This document shows positions 15,701-27,700 of a stretch of DNA of 64,000 nt, in pieces. The translations under genes and the position numbers were made by a program. The notes under the pieces were generated by a model. The model worked only from the letters and a program-made list of their open reading frames with translations. It was not told where the DNA came from and made no database searches. The number at the start of each line of letters is the position of its first letter. Positions within the stretch are counted from its first letter, which is position 1. This stretch comes from Hormiphora californensis (Eukaryota; Animalia; Ctenophora), in NCBI GenBank assembly GCA_020137815.1, contig CM035362.1:4898001-4962000 (forward strand), read 5' to 3'.

Positions 15701-18700
15701 AAGTTTCACCAAAGAAGTTATAATTTCGGGGGGGAGGCAAAGGTGGTGAATAGAAAAGACGAGGTTTAACAGCGGCCCGGACCAGAGATGGGGCCAAACC
15801 CACGCTCCAGGTGGTGCGGGGTGGTAAACCCCCCCAAAACGGGGGCAGAGGTTACAACAGCGGTTCCGGTCCAGATGAGCGGGGCCAAAAAAGATAGGTG
15901 GTGGATGGGAAAAAGGAGGGGAAAAGTTGAGAAGAAGTTAAAATTTTTGGGGTGGGGGGGCGGGGGTGGTGAACTAAAAATGGACGAGGTTCAACAGGGC
16001 TCCGGACCAGAGAGCTGGCCAAACCCACGTCCGGGTGGTGCAGGTGGTAAACCCCAAAAACGGCAGGGTTAAAACAGCGGTTTCCGGTCCAGATGATGGG
16101 CCAACAAAGATCGGGGGTGGTGGATTCGTCGAAGGGTGGAGTTGAAATGTTTCCCGAAGAAGTTATAATTTGGTGGAGGCGAAGGTGGTGAACAGAAAAG
16201 GGAGGCTTCAACAGCGGCCCCGGACCAGATGTGCGGCCCCAAACCCACGTCCAGGTGGTGCAGGGGGGTAAAAACCCAAAAGGGCAGAGGTTACAAAAAG
16301 GGGTTTCCCGGTCCGATGATGGGGCCAAAAGATCAGGGGTGGATTCGTCGAACGAGTTGGAGTTGTAAAATTTTGCACCAAGAAGTTATAATATCTGGTG
16401 GAGGCGAAGGGGGGTTGAACTAAAAAATGGACGAGGCTTCAACAGCGTCCGGACCAGATGATGCGGGGCCCAACCCCACGCCCCAGGTGGTGCAGGGGTT
16501 TTAAACCCCAAAACGGCAGAGGTTACAACCGGGGGTTCCGGGTCCAGATGAGTGGTAAAACAAGATCAGGTGGTGGATTCGTCAAACGATTGGAGTTAAA
16601 AAAGTTGTCACGAAGAAGTTATAATTTTGGTGGGGGGAGGTGGTGAACTAGAAAAGGACGAGGTTTCAACAGCGGCCCGGACCAGATGAGCTGGCCCAAA
16701 CCCACGCCCCAGGTGGGGCAGGTGGAAAACCCCAAAAAACGGCAGAGGTTAAAAGCGGTTCCGGTTTTCCAGATGATGCTGGCCCAAACAAGACAGGTGG
16801 TGGATTCGTCAACGATTGGAGTTGAAAGTTGTCACGAAGAAGTTAAAAAAATTGGGGGGGCAAGGGGGGAACTAGAAAAGGGACGGGGCCCAAAACAGGG
16901 TCCGGACCAGATGTGTGGCCCAACCCACCCTCCAGGTGGTGAGGTGGTAAAACCCAAAACGGAGAGGTTAAAAGCGGTTCCGGGGTCCAGATGAGCGGGT
17001 TTCCCAAAAAGATGGGTGGTGGTTTGTCGAACGAGTTGGAGGTAAAAGTTGTCCCCGAAAAAGTTAATTTTGGTGGAGGCGAAGGGGGTGAATAGAAAAT
17101 GGCGAGGTTTCAACGCGGCCCCGGGGGCCCAAATGTGCTGGCCCAACCCCCCCTCAGGTGGGCAGGTGGAAAACCCCCAAAGGGGCAAGGTTACAAAGCG
17201 GTTTCCGGTCCGTGTGGGGTTCCAAACAAGATCAGGTGGTGGTTTCGTCGAACGATTTGGAGTTGAAATGTTGTCCCCGAAGAATTTAAAAAAATTTTGG
17301 TGGAGGGAAAGGTGGTGAAAATAAAAATGGACGAGGTTCAACAGCGGCCCCGGGACCAGATGATGCGGCCCCCAACCCCAGCCCAGGTGGGGGGCAGGTG
17401 GAAAACCCCAAAAGGCAAGGTTACAACAGCGGTTCCGGCCCCCAGATGATGTGGTCCAACAAATCAGGTGGTTTGTGAAGAGTGGGGTTGTAAATGTGTT
17501 TTTTTAAAACAAGAAGTATAATTTCTGGTGGGGCAAAGGGGTTTGGGGGAATAGAAAATGGCGAGGCTTCAACAGGGCTCCGGACCAGATGATGTGGCCC
17601 AACCCACGCCCCAGGGTGGTGCAGGGGGGAAAAACCCCAAAAGGCGGGTTTTTACAACAGCGGTTCCGGCCAGATGTGGGCCCAAACAAGATAGGTGGTG
17701 GATTTTTTCGAACGAGTTGGGTTGAATTTTTGTGTAAAGAAGAATAAAATTCTGGTGGGGGCGAAGGTGGGGGGAATGAAAATGGACGAGGCTTCAACAG
17801 CGGCCCGGCCCAGTGAGCGGGGCCCAAAACCCGCTCCAGGGGGTTTGAGGGGGAAAACCCCAAAAAAAGGAAAAGGGGGGGGGGGTTCAACAGGGTTCGG
17901 TCAAGAGGGTGCTGGTCAACAAGATCAGGTGGTGGATTCGTCGAACGAGTTGGAGTTGAAAATGTTGTCACCGAAGAAGTTATAATTTCTGGTGGAGGCG
18001 AAGGTGGTGAACTAGAAAATGGACGAGGCTTCAACAGCGGCTCCGGACCAGATGATGCTGGCCCAACCCACGCTCCAGGTGGTGCAGGTGGTAAACCCCA
18101 AAACGGCAGAGGTTACAACAGCGGTTCCGGTCCAGATGATGCTGGTCCAACAAGATCAGGTGGTGGATTCGTCGAAGGGTTTTGGGGGAGTTAAAAAGTT
18201 GTCACCGAAAAAATTTTTATTTCGGGGTGGGGGGAAGGTGGGTGTGGGGGGTTAAAACCCTGGCCCAATGGGGCCCCAAAGTGGTGGTGGGGGGTTTTAA
18301 ACCCCAAAAGGAGAGGTTAAAAACGCGGCCCGGGCCAGATGAGCGGGTCCAAACAAGTCAGGTGGGGTTGTGAAGATTGGGGTTTGAAAAAAAACGAAAA
18401 AATTTAAAATTTCGGGTGGAGGCGAGGGGTGTTTTTTGGGGGGGCCAACAGCGGGGGACCGTGATCGGCCCCCAACCCCAGTGGTGGTAAAAGGGGGGTA
18501 AAAAAGGCAAAATACAAAAAGGGGTTGGGTCCAATGTGCCGGCCAAAAGACGGGGTGGTGGAGGTTGGGGGTTTGGTTTTTGTAAAGGGAAATTAATTTG
18601 GGGGGGGAAGGTGGTAAAATAGAAATGGACGAGGTTTTTCAAAAAGCGGTCCGGACCAGATGATGTGGCCAACCCAAAGCTCCGGTGGTGCAGGGAAAAA

Positions 18701-21700
18701 CCCCAAAACGGCAGAGGTTTAAAAACAGCGGTTCCGGTCCAGAGTGTGGTCCAAACAAGATCAGGTGGGGTTTGTCGAACGAGTTGGATTTGAAAAATGT
18801 TGTCACCGAAAAAAGGGAAATTTTTATTTGGTGGAGGGGAAGGTGGTTGAACTAGAAAAGGAGAGGTTTCAACGCGGGTCCGGGAACCAAATTTGGCCCA
18901 AAACCCAACCCCCCATTCCCCAAAAAACCTTAAACCCCCCCTTTTCCCTCCATGGGGGTTTTCCCCCCCCGGGGGTTTTTTCTAAACTTATTGAAAAATT
19001 TTTCACCAAAAAAAATTAACAACCCCCATTTTTTTCAAAAACACCTTCCCCACCCCTCCGGACCAGATGATGCTGGCCCAACCCACGCTCCAGGTGGTGC
19101 AGGTGGTAAACCCCAAAACGGCAGAGGTTACAACAGCGGTTCCGGTCCAGATGATGCTGGTCCAACAAGATCAGGTGGTGGATTCGTCGAACGAGTTGGA
19201 GTTGTAAATCTTGTCACCGAAGAAGTTATAATATCTGGTGGAGGCGAAGGTGGTGAACTAGAAAATGGACGAGGCTTCAACAGCGGTTCCGGACCAGATG
19301 ATGCTGGCCCAACCCACGCTCCAGGTGGTGCAGGTGGTAAACCCCAAAACGGCAGAGGTTACAACAGCGGTTCCGGTCCAGATGATGCTGGTCCAACAAG
19401 ATCAGGTGGTGGATTCGTCGAACGAGTTGGAGTTGTAAATGTTGTCACCGAAGAAGTTATAATATCTGGTGGAGGCGAAGGTGGTGAACTAGAAAATGGA
19501 CGAGGCTTCAACAGCGGCTCCGGACCAGATGATGCTGGCCCAACCCACGCTCCAGGTGGTGCAGGTGGTAAACCCCAAAATGGCAGAGGTTACAACAGCG
19601 GTTCCGGTCCAGATGATGCTGGTCCAACAAGATCAGGTGGTGGATTCGTCGAACGAGTTGGAGTTGTAAATGTTGTCACCGAAGAAGTTATAATATCTGG
19701 TGGAGGCGAAGGTGGTGAACTAGAAAATGGACGAGGCTTCAACAGCGGCTCCGGACCAGATGATGCTGGCCCAACCCACGCTCCAGGTGGTGCAGGTGGT
19801 AAACCCCAAAACGGCAGAGGTTACAACAGCGGTTCCGGTCCAGATGATGCTGGTCCAACAAGATCAGGTGGTGGATTCGTCGAACGAGTTGGAGTTGAAA
19901 ATGTTGTCACCGAAGAAGTTATAATTTCTGTTGGAGGCGAAGGTGGTGAACTAGAAAATGGACGAGGCTTCAACAGCGGCTCCGGACCAGATGAAGCTGG
20001 CCCAACCCACGCTCCAGGTGGTGCAGGTGGTAAACCCCAAAACGGCAGAGGTTACAACAGCGGTTCCGGTCCAGATGATGCTGGTCCAACAAGATCAGGT
20101 GGTGGATTCGTCGAACGAGTTGGAGTTGTAAATGTTGTCACCGAAGAAGTTATAATATCTGGTGGAGGCGAAGGTGGTGAACTAGAAAATGGACGAGGCT
20201 TCAACAGCGGCTCCGGACCAGATGATGCTGGCCCAACCCACGCTCCAGGTGGTGCAGGTGGTAAACCCCAAAACGGCAGAGGTTACAACAGCGGTTCCGG
20301 TCCAGATGATGCTGGTCCCACAAGATCAGGTGGTGGATTCGTCGAACGAGTTGGAGTTGAAAATGTTGTCACCGAAGAAGTTATAATTTCTGGTGGAGGC
20401 GAAGGTGGTGAACTAGAAAATGGACGAGGCTTCAACAGCGGCTACGGACCAGATGATGCTGGCCCAACCCACGCTCCAGGTGGTGCAGGTGGTAAACCCC
20501 AAAACGGCAGAGGTTACAACAGCGGTTCCGGTCCAGATGATGCTGGTCCCACAAGATCAGGTGGTGGATTCGTCGAACGAGTTGGAGTTGAAAATGTTGT
20601 CACCGAAGAAGTTATAATTTCTGGTGGAGGCGAAGGTGGTGAACTAGAAAATGGACGAGGCTTCAACAGCGGCTACGGACCAGATGATGCTGGCCCAACC
20701 CACGCTCCAGGTGGTGCAGGTGGTAAACCCCAAAACGGCAGAGGTTACAACAGCGGTTCCGGTCCAGATGATGCTGGTCCAACAAGATCAGGTGGTGGAT
20801 TCGTCGAACGAGTTGGAGTTGAAAATGTTGTCACCGAAGAAGTTATAATTTCTGGTGGAGGCGAAGGTGGTGAACTAGAAAATGGACGAGGCTTCAACAG
20901 CGGCTCCGGACCAGATGATGCTGGCCCAACACACGCTCCAGGTGGTGCAGGTGGTAAACCCCAAAACGGCAGAGGTTACAACAGCGGTTCCGGTCCAGAT
21001 GATGCTGGTCCAACAAGATCAGGTGGTGGATTCGTCGAACGAGTTGGAGTTGAAATTGTTATCAACGAAGAAATTATAATTTCTGGTGGAGGCGAAGGTG
21101 GTGAACTAGAAAATGGACGAGGCTTCAACAGCGGCTCCGGACCAGATGATGCTGGCCCAACCCACGCTCCAGGTGGTGCAGGTGGTAAACCCCAAAACGG
21201 CAGAGGTTACAACAGCGGTTCCGGTCCAGATGATGCTGGTCCAACAAGATCAGGTGGTGGATTCGTCGAACGAGTTGGAGTTGAAAATGTTGGCACCGAG
21301 GAAGTTATAATATCTGAAGGAGGCGAAGGTGGTGAACTAGAAAATGGACGAGGCTTCAATAGCGGATCCGGACCAGATGAAGCTGGCCCAACCCACGCTC
21401 CAGGTGGTGCAGGTGGTAAACCCCAAAACGGCAGAGGTTACAACAGCGGTTCCGGTCCAGATGATGCTGGTCCAACAAGATCAGGTGGTGGATTCGTCGA
21501 ACGAGTTGGAGTTGTAAATGTTGTCACCGAAGAAATTATAATTTCTGTTGGAGGCGAAGGTGGTGAACTAGAAAATGGACGAGGCTTCAACAGCGGCTCC
21601 GGACCAGATGATGCTGGCCCAACCCACGCTCCAGGTGGTGCAGGTGGTAAACCCCAAAACGGCAGAGGTTACAACAGCGGTTCCGGTCCAGATGATGCTG

Positions 21701-24700
21701 GTCCAACAAGATCAGGTGGTGGATTCGTCGAACGAGTTGGGGTTGAAATTGTTGTCAACGAAGAAATTATAATTTCTGGTGGAGGCCAAGGTGGTGAACT
21801 AGAAAATGGACGAGGCTTCAACAGCGGATCCGGACCAGATGATGCTGGCCCAACCCACGCTCCGGGTGGTGCAGGTGGTAAACCCCAAAACGGCAGAGGT
21901 TACAACAGCGGTTCCGGTCCAGATGATGCTGGTCCAACAAGATCAGGTGGTGGATTCGTCGAACGAGTTGGAGTTGAAAATGTTGTCAACGAAGAAATTA
22001 TAATTTCTGGTGGAGGCCAAGGTGGTGAACTAGAAAACGGACGAGGCTTCAACAGCGGCTCCGGACCAGATGATGCTGGCCCAACCCACGCTCCAGGTGG
22101 TGCAGGTGGTAAACCCCAAAACGGCAGAGGTTACAACAGCGGTTCCGGTCCAGATGATGCTGGTCCAACAAGATCAGGTGGTGGATTCGTCGAACGAGTT
22201 GGAGTTGAAAATGTTGTCAACGAAGAAATTATAATTTCTGGTGGAGGCCAAGGTGGTGAACTAGAAAACGGACGAGGCTTCAACAGCGGCTCCGGACCAG
22301 ATGATGCTGGCCCAACCCACGCTCCAGGTGGTGCAGGAGGTAAACCCCAAAACGGCAGAGGTTACAACAGCGGTTCCGGTCCAGATGATGCTGGTCCAAC
22401 AAGATCAGGTGGTGGATTCGTCGAACGAGTGACCATAGAAGAAGTGACCACAGAAAAAGCGACCACAGAAGAAGTGACCACCGAAGAAGTGACCACAGAA
22501 GAAGTGACTACAGAAGAAGTGACTACAGAAGAAGTGACCACCGAAACAGTCACGACTCAAGAAGTGACCACAGAAGAAGTGACCACAGAAGTAGTGACTA
22601 CAGAAGAAGTGACCACCGAAACAGTCACGACTCAAGAAGTGACGACAGAAGAAGTGACCACTGAAGAAGTGACAACAGAAGAAGTGACCACCGAAACAGT
22701 CATGACTCAAGAAGTGACCACAGAAGAAGTGACCACTGAAGAAGTGACAACAGAAGAAGTGACCACCGAAACAGTCACGACCCAAGCAGTGACGACAGAA
22801 GAAGTGACCACAGAAGAAGTGACCACCGAAACAGTCACGACTCAAGAAGTGACCACAGAAGAAGTGACCACAGAAGAAGTGACCACAGAAACAGTCACGA
22901 CTCAAGAAGTGACAACTCAAGAAGTGACCACAGAAGAAGTGACCACAGAAACAGTCACGACTCAAGAAGTGACCACAGAAGAAGTGACCACTGAAGAAGT
23001 GACTACAGAAGAAGTGACCACCGAAACAGTCACAACTCAAGAAGTGACCACAGAAGAAGTGACCACAGAAGAAGTGACCACCGAAACAGTTACGACTCAA
23101 GAAGTGACGACTCAAGAAGTGACCACAGAAGAAGTGACCACAGAAGAGGTTACTACAGAAGAAGTGACCACCGAAACAGTCACGACTCAAGAAGTGACCA
23201 CAGAAGAAGTTACAACAGAAGAAGTGACCACAGAAGAAGTGACGACAGAAGAAGTGACCACCGAAACAGTCACTACTCAAGAAGTGACCACAGAAGAAGT
23301 GACCACAGTAGAAGTTACCACCGAAGAAGTGACCACCGAAACTGTCACGACTCAAGAAGTTACAACAGAAGAAGTGACCACCGAAACAGTCACGACTCAA
23401 GAAGTGACCACAGAAGAAGTGACCACAGAAGAAGTGACCACAGAAGAAGTGACCACCGAAACAGTCACGACTCAAGAAGTGACCACAGAAGAAGTGACCA
23501 CAGAAGTAGTGACTACAGAAGAAGTGACCACCGAAACAGTCACGACTCAAGAAGTGACGACAGAAGAAGTGACCACTGAAGAAGTGACAACAGAAGAAGT
23601 GACCACCGAAACAGTCACGACTCAAGAAGTGACCACAGAAGAAGTGACCACTGAAGAAGTGACAACAGAAGAAGTGACCACCGAAACAGTCACGACCCAA
23701 GCAGTGACGACAGAAGAAGTGACCACAGAAGAAGTGACCACCGAAACAGTCACGACTCAAGAAGTGACCACAGAAGAAGTGACCACAGAAGAAGTGACCA
23801 CAGAAACAGTCACGACTCAAGAAGTGACAACTCAAGAAGTGACCACAGAAGAAGTGACCACAGAAACAGTCACGACTCAAGAAGTGACCACAGAAGAAGT
23901 GACCACTGAAGAAGTGACCACAGAAGAAGTGACCACCGAAACAGTCACAACTCAAGAAGTGACCACAGAAGAAGTGACCACAGAAGAAGTGACCACCGAA
24001 ACAGTTACGACTCAAGAAGTGACGACTCAAGAAGTGACCACAGAAGAAGTGACCACAGAAGAGGTTACTACAGAAGAAGTGACCACCGAAACAGTCACGA
24101 CTCAAGAAGTGACCACAGAAGAAGTTACAACAGAAGAAGTGACCACAGAAGAAGTGACGACAGAAGAAGTGACCACCGAAACAGTCACGACTCAAGAAGT
24201 GACCACAGAAGAAGTGACCACCGAAATAGTCACGACTCAGGAAGTGACTACAGAAGAAGTGACCACTGAAGAAGTGACCACAGAAGAAGTGACCACCGAA
24301 ACAGTTACGACTCAAGAAGTGACGACTCAAGAAGTGACCACAGAAGAAGTGACCACAGAAGAGGTTACTACAGAAGAAGTGACCACCGAAACAGTCACGA
24401 CTCAAGAAGTGACCACAGAAGAAGTTACAACAGAAGAAGTGACCACAGAAGAAGTGACGACAGAAGAAGTGACCACCGAAACAGTCACGACTCAAGAAGT
24501 GACCACAGAAGAAGTGACCACCGAAATAGTCACGACTCAGGAAGTGACTACAGAAGAAGTGACCACTGAAGAAGTGACTACAGAAGAAGTGACCACCGAA
24601 ACAGTTACGACTCAAGAAGTGACCACAGAAGAAGTGACCACAGAAACAGTCACGACTCAAGAAGTGACCACAGAAGAAGTGACCACAGAAACAGTCACGA

Positions 24701-27700
24701 CTCAGGAAGTGACTACAGAAGAAGTGGCAATTGAAGTTGAAACAATTGCTTCTTTTACAGGGAGCTTGGTAACGGGCACTGATGAAGTCGTACGACCAGC
24801 TATACCTACTGGTTTAATTACATCAACCTTTATAACTGTGGTCCCTGAATTCGCTGTTCGAGAGACAGCTACAGAAGAAGTGACCACAGAAGAAGTGACC
24901 ACAGAAGAAGTGACCACAGAAGAAGTTATTCCATTATTACCTGGAGCAGTCCCAGGAGCAGTTGGAATCCCAGGAGCAGCTGGATTCCCAGGAGCAGCTG
25001 GATTGCCAGGAGCAGCTGAATTCCCAGGAGCAGCTGGATTCCCAGGAGCAGCTGGAGTCCCAGGAGCAGCTGGATTCCCAGGAGCAGTTGGGATCCCAGG
25101 AGTAGTTGGAGTCCCAGGAGCAGCTGGAGTCCCAGGAGCAGCTGAATTCCCAGGAGCAGCTGGATTCCCAGGAGCAGCTGTAGTCCCAGGAGCAGCTGGA
25201 TTCTCAGGAGCAGCTGGATTCCCAGGAGCAGCTGGATTGCCAGGAGCAGCTGAATTCCCAGGAGCAGCTGGATTGCCAGGAGCAGCTGGAGTCCCAGGAG
25301 CAGCTGGTGTCCCAGGAATAGCTGAAGTCCCAGGAGCAGCTGGAGTCGCAGGAGCAGCTGGATTCCTAGGAGCAGCTGTAGTCCCAGGAGCAGCTGGATT
25401 CCCAGGAGCAGCTGGAGTCCCAGGAGCAGCTGGATTCCCAGGACCAGCTGGATTGCCAGGAGCAGCTGAATTCCCAGGAGCAGCTGGATTGCCAGGAGCA
25501 GCTGGAGTCCCAGGAGCAGCTGGAGTCCAAGGAATAGCTGAAGTCCCAGGAGCAGCTGGAGTCCCAGGAGCAGCTGGAGTCCCAGGAGCAGCGGGATTCC
25601 CAGGAGCAGCTGGAGTCCCAGGAGAAGCTGGATTCCCAGGAGTAGCTGTAGTCCCAGGAGCAGCTGGAGTCCCAGGAGCAGCTGGAGTCTCAGGAATTTC
25701 AGGAATGTCCGGATTTGCCGGATCAGCTGGAGCAGCTGGAGTCCCAGGAATGACCGGGGTTGCCGGAGTCCTAGAAGCAGGTGGAGTGTCAGGAATGTCT
25801 GGAGTCTCAGGAATGACCGGGGTTGCCGGAGTCTCAGGAATTTCCGGAGTCTCAGGAATGTCCGGAGTCCCAGGAATAAATGATAAATCTGAGGGAAGTG
25901 GTGATGAAGTTCTGTCCATGCTAGAAGATTTTGTTTTGAATGGGGCAGGAATGGAAGAGATTGACATTGAAGATATCTCATTTGAACAAGAAGATGTGAT
26001 CGAGGGAAGTTTAACAATAACCGAAACTGAAACCGGGGGAATAGAAGTGGAAGAAGATGTAATGGAAGTATTCAAAGAGAGCGTGGACATAACTTCTGTT
26101 ATGAATGGGGCAGGAATGGAAGAGATGGACATTGAAGATATCTCATTTGAACAAGAAGATGTGATCGAGGGAAGTTTAACAATAACCGAAACTGAAACCG
26201 GGGGAATAGAAGTGGAAGAAGATGTAATGGAAGTATTCAAAGAGAGCGTGGACATAACTTCTGTTATGAATGGGGCAGGAATGGAAGAGATTGACATTGA
26301 AGATATCTCATTTGAACAAGAAGATGTGATCGAGGGAAGTTTAACAATAACCGAAACTGAAACCGAGGGAATAGAAGTGGAAGAAGATGTAATGGAAGTA
26401 TTCAAAGAGAGCGTGGACATAACTTCTGTTATGAATGGGGCAGGAATGGAAGAGATGGACATTGAAGATATCTCATTTGAACAAGAAGATGTGATCGAGG
26501 GAAGTTTAACAATAACCGAAACTGAAACCGGGGGAATAGAAGTGGAAGAAGATGTAATGGAAGTATTCAAAGAGAGCGTGGACATAACTTCTGTTATGAA
26601 TGGGGTAGGAATGGAAGAGATGGACATTGAAGATATCTCATTTGAACAAGAAGATGTGATCGAGGGAAGTTTAACAATAACCGAAACTGAAACCGGGGGA
26701 ATAGAAGTGGAAGAAGATGTAATGGAAGTATTCAAAGAGAGCGTGGACATAACTTCTGTTTTGAATGGGGCAGGAATGGAAGAGATGGACATTGAAGATA
26801 TCTCATTTGAACAAGAAGATGTGATCGAGGGAAGTTTAACAATAACCGAAACTGAAACCGGGGGAATAGAAGTGGAAGAAGATGTAATGGAAGTATTCAA
26901 AGAGAGCGTGGACATAACTTCTGTTATGAATGGGGCAGGAATGGAAGAGATGGACATTGAAGATATCTCATTTGAACAAGAAGATGTGATCGAGGGAAGT
27001 TTATCAATAACCGAAACTGAAACCGGGGGAATAGAAGTGGAAGAAGATGTAATGGAAGTATTCAAAGAGAGCGTGGACATAACTTCTGTTATGAATGGGG
27101 CAGGAATGGAAGAGATGGACATTGAAGATATCTCATTTGAACAAGAAGATGTGATCGAGGAAAGTTTAACAATAACCGAAACTGAAACCGGGGGAATAGA
27201 AGTGGAAGAAGATGTAATGGAAGTATTCAAAGAGAGCGTGGACATAACTTCTGTTATGAATGGGGCAGGAATGGAAGAGATGGACATTGAAGATATCTCA
27301 TTTGAACAAGAAGATGTGATCGAGGGAAGTTTAACAATAACCGAAACTGAAACCGGGGGAATAGAAGTGGAAGAAGATGTAATGGAAGTATTCAAAGAGA
27401 GCGTGGACATAACTTCTGTTATGAATGGGGCAGGAATGGAAGAGATGGACATTGAAGATATCTCATTTGAACAAGAAGATGTGATCGAGGGAAGTTTAAC
27501 AATAACCGAAACTGAAACCGAGGGAATAGAAGTGGAAGAAGATGTAATGGAAGTATTCAAAGAGAGCGTGGACATAACTTCTGTTATGAATGGGGCAGGA
27601 ATGGAAGAGATGGACATTGAAGATATCTCATTTGAACAAGAAGATGTGATCGAGGGAAGTTTAACAATAACCGAAACTGAAACCGAGGGAATAGAAGTGG

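Noticed and set aside
12490-19050. Dozens of short G/K/P/F-rich ORFs on both strands; apparent 'degenerating' repeat
   Set aside because: The error pattern (homopolymer inflation, abrupt clean/dirty transitions) indicates low-coverage consensus rather than real pseudogenisation or separate genes.
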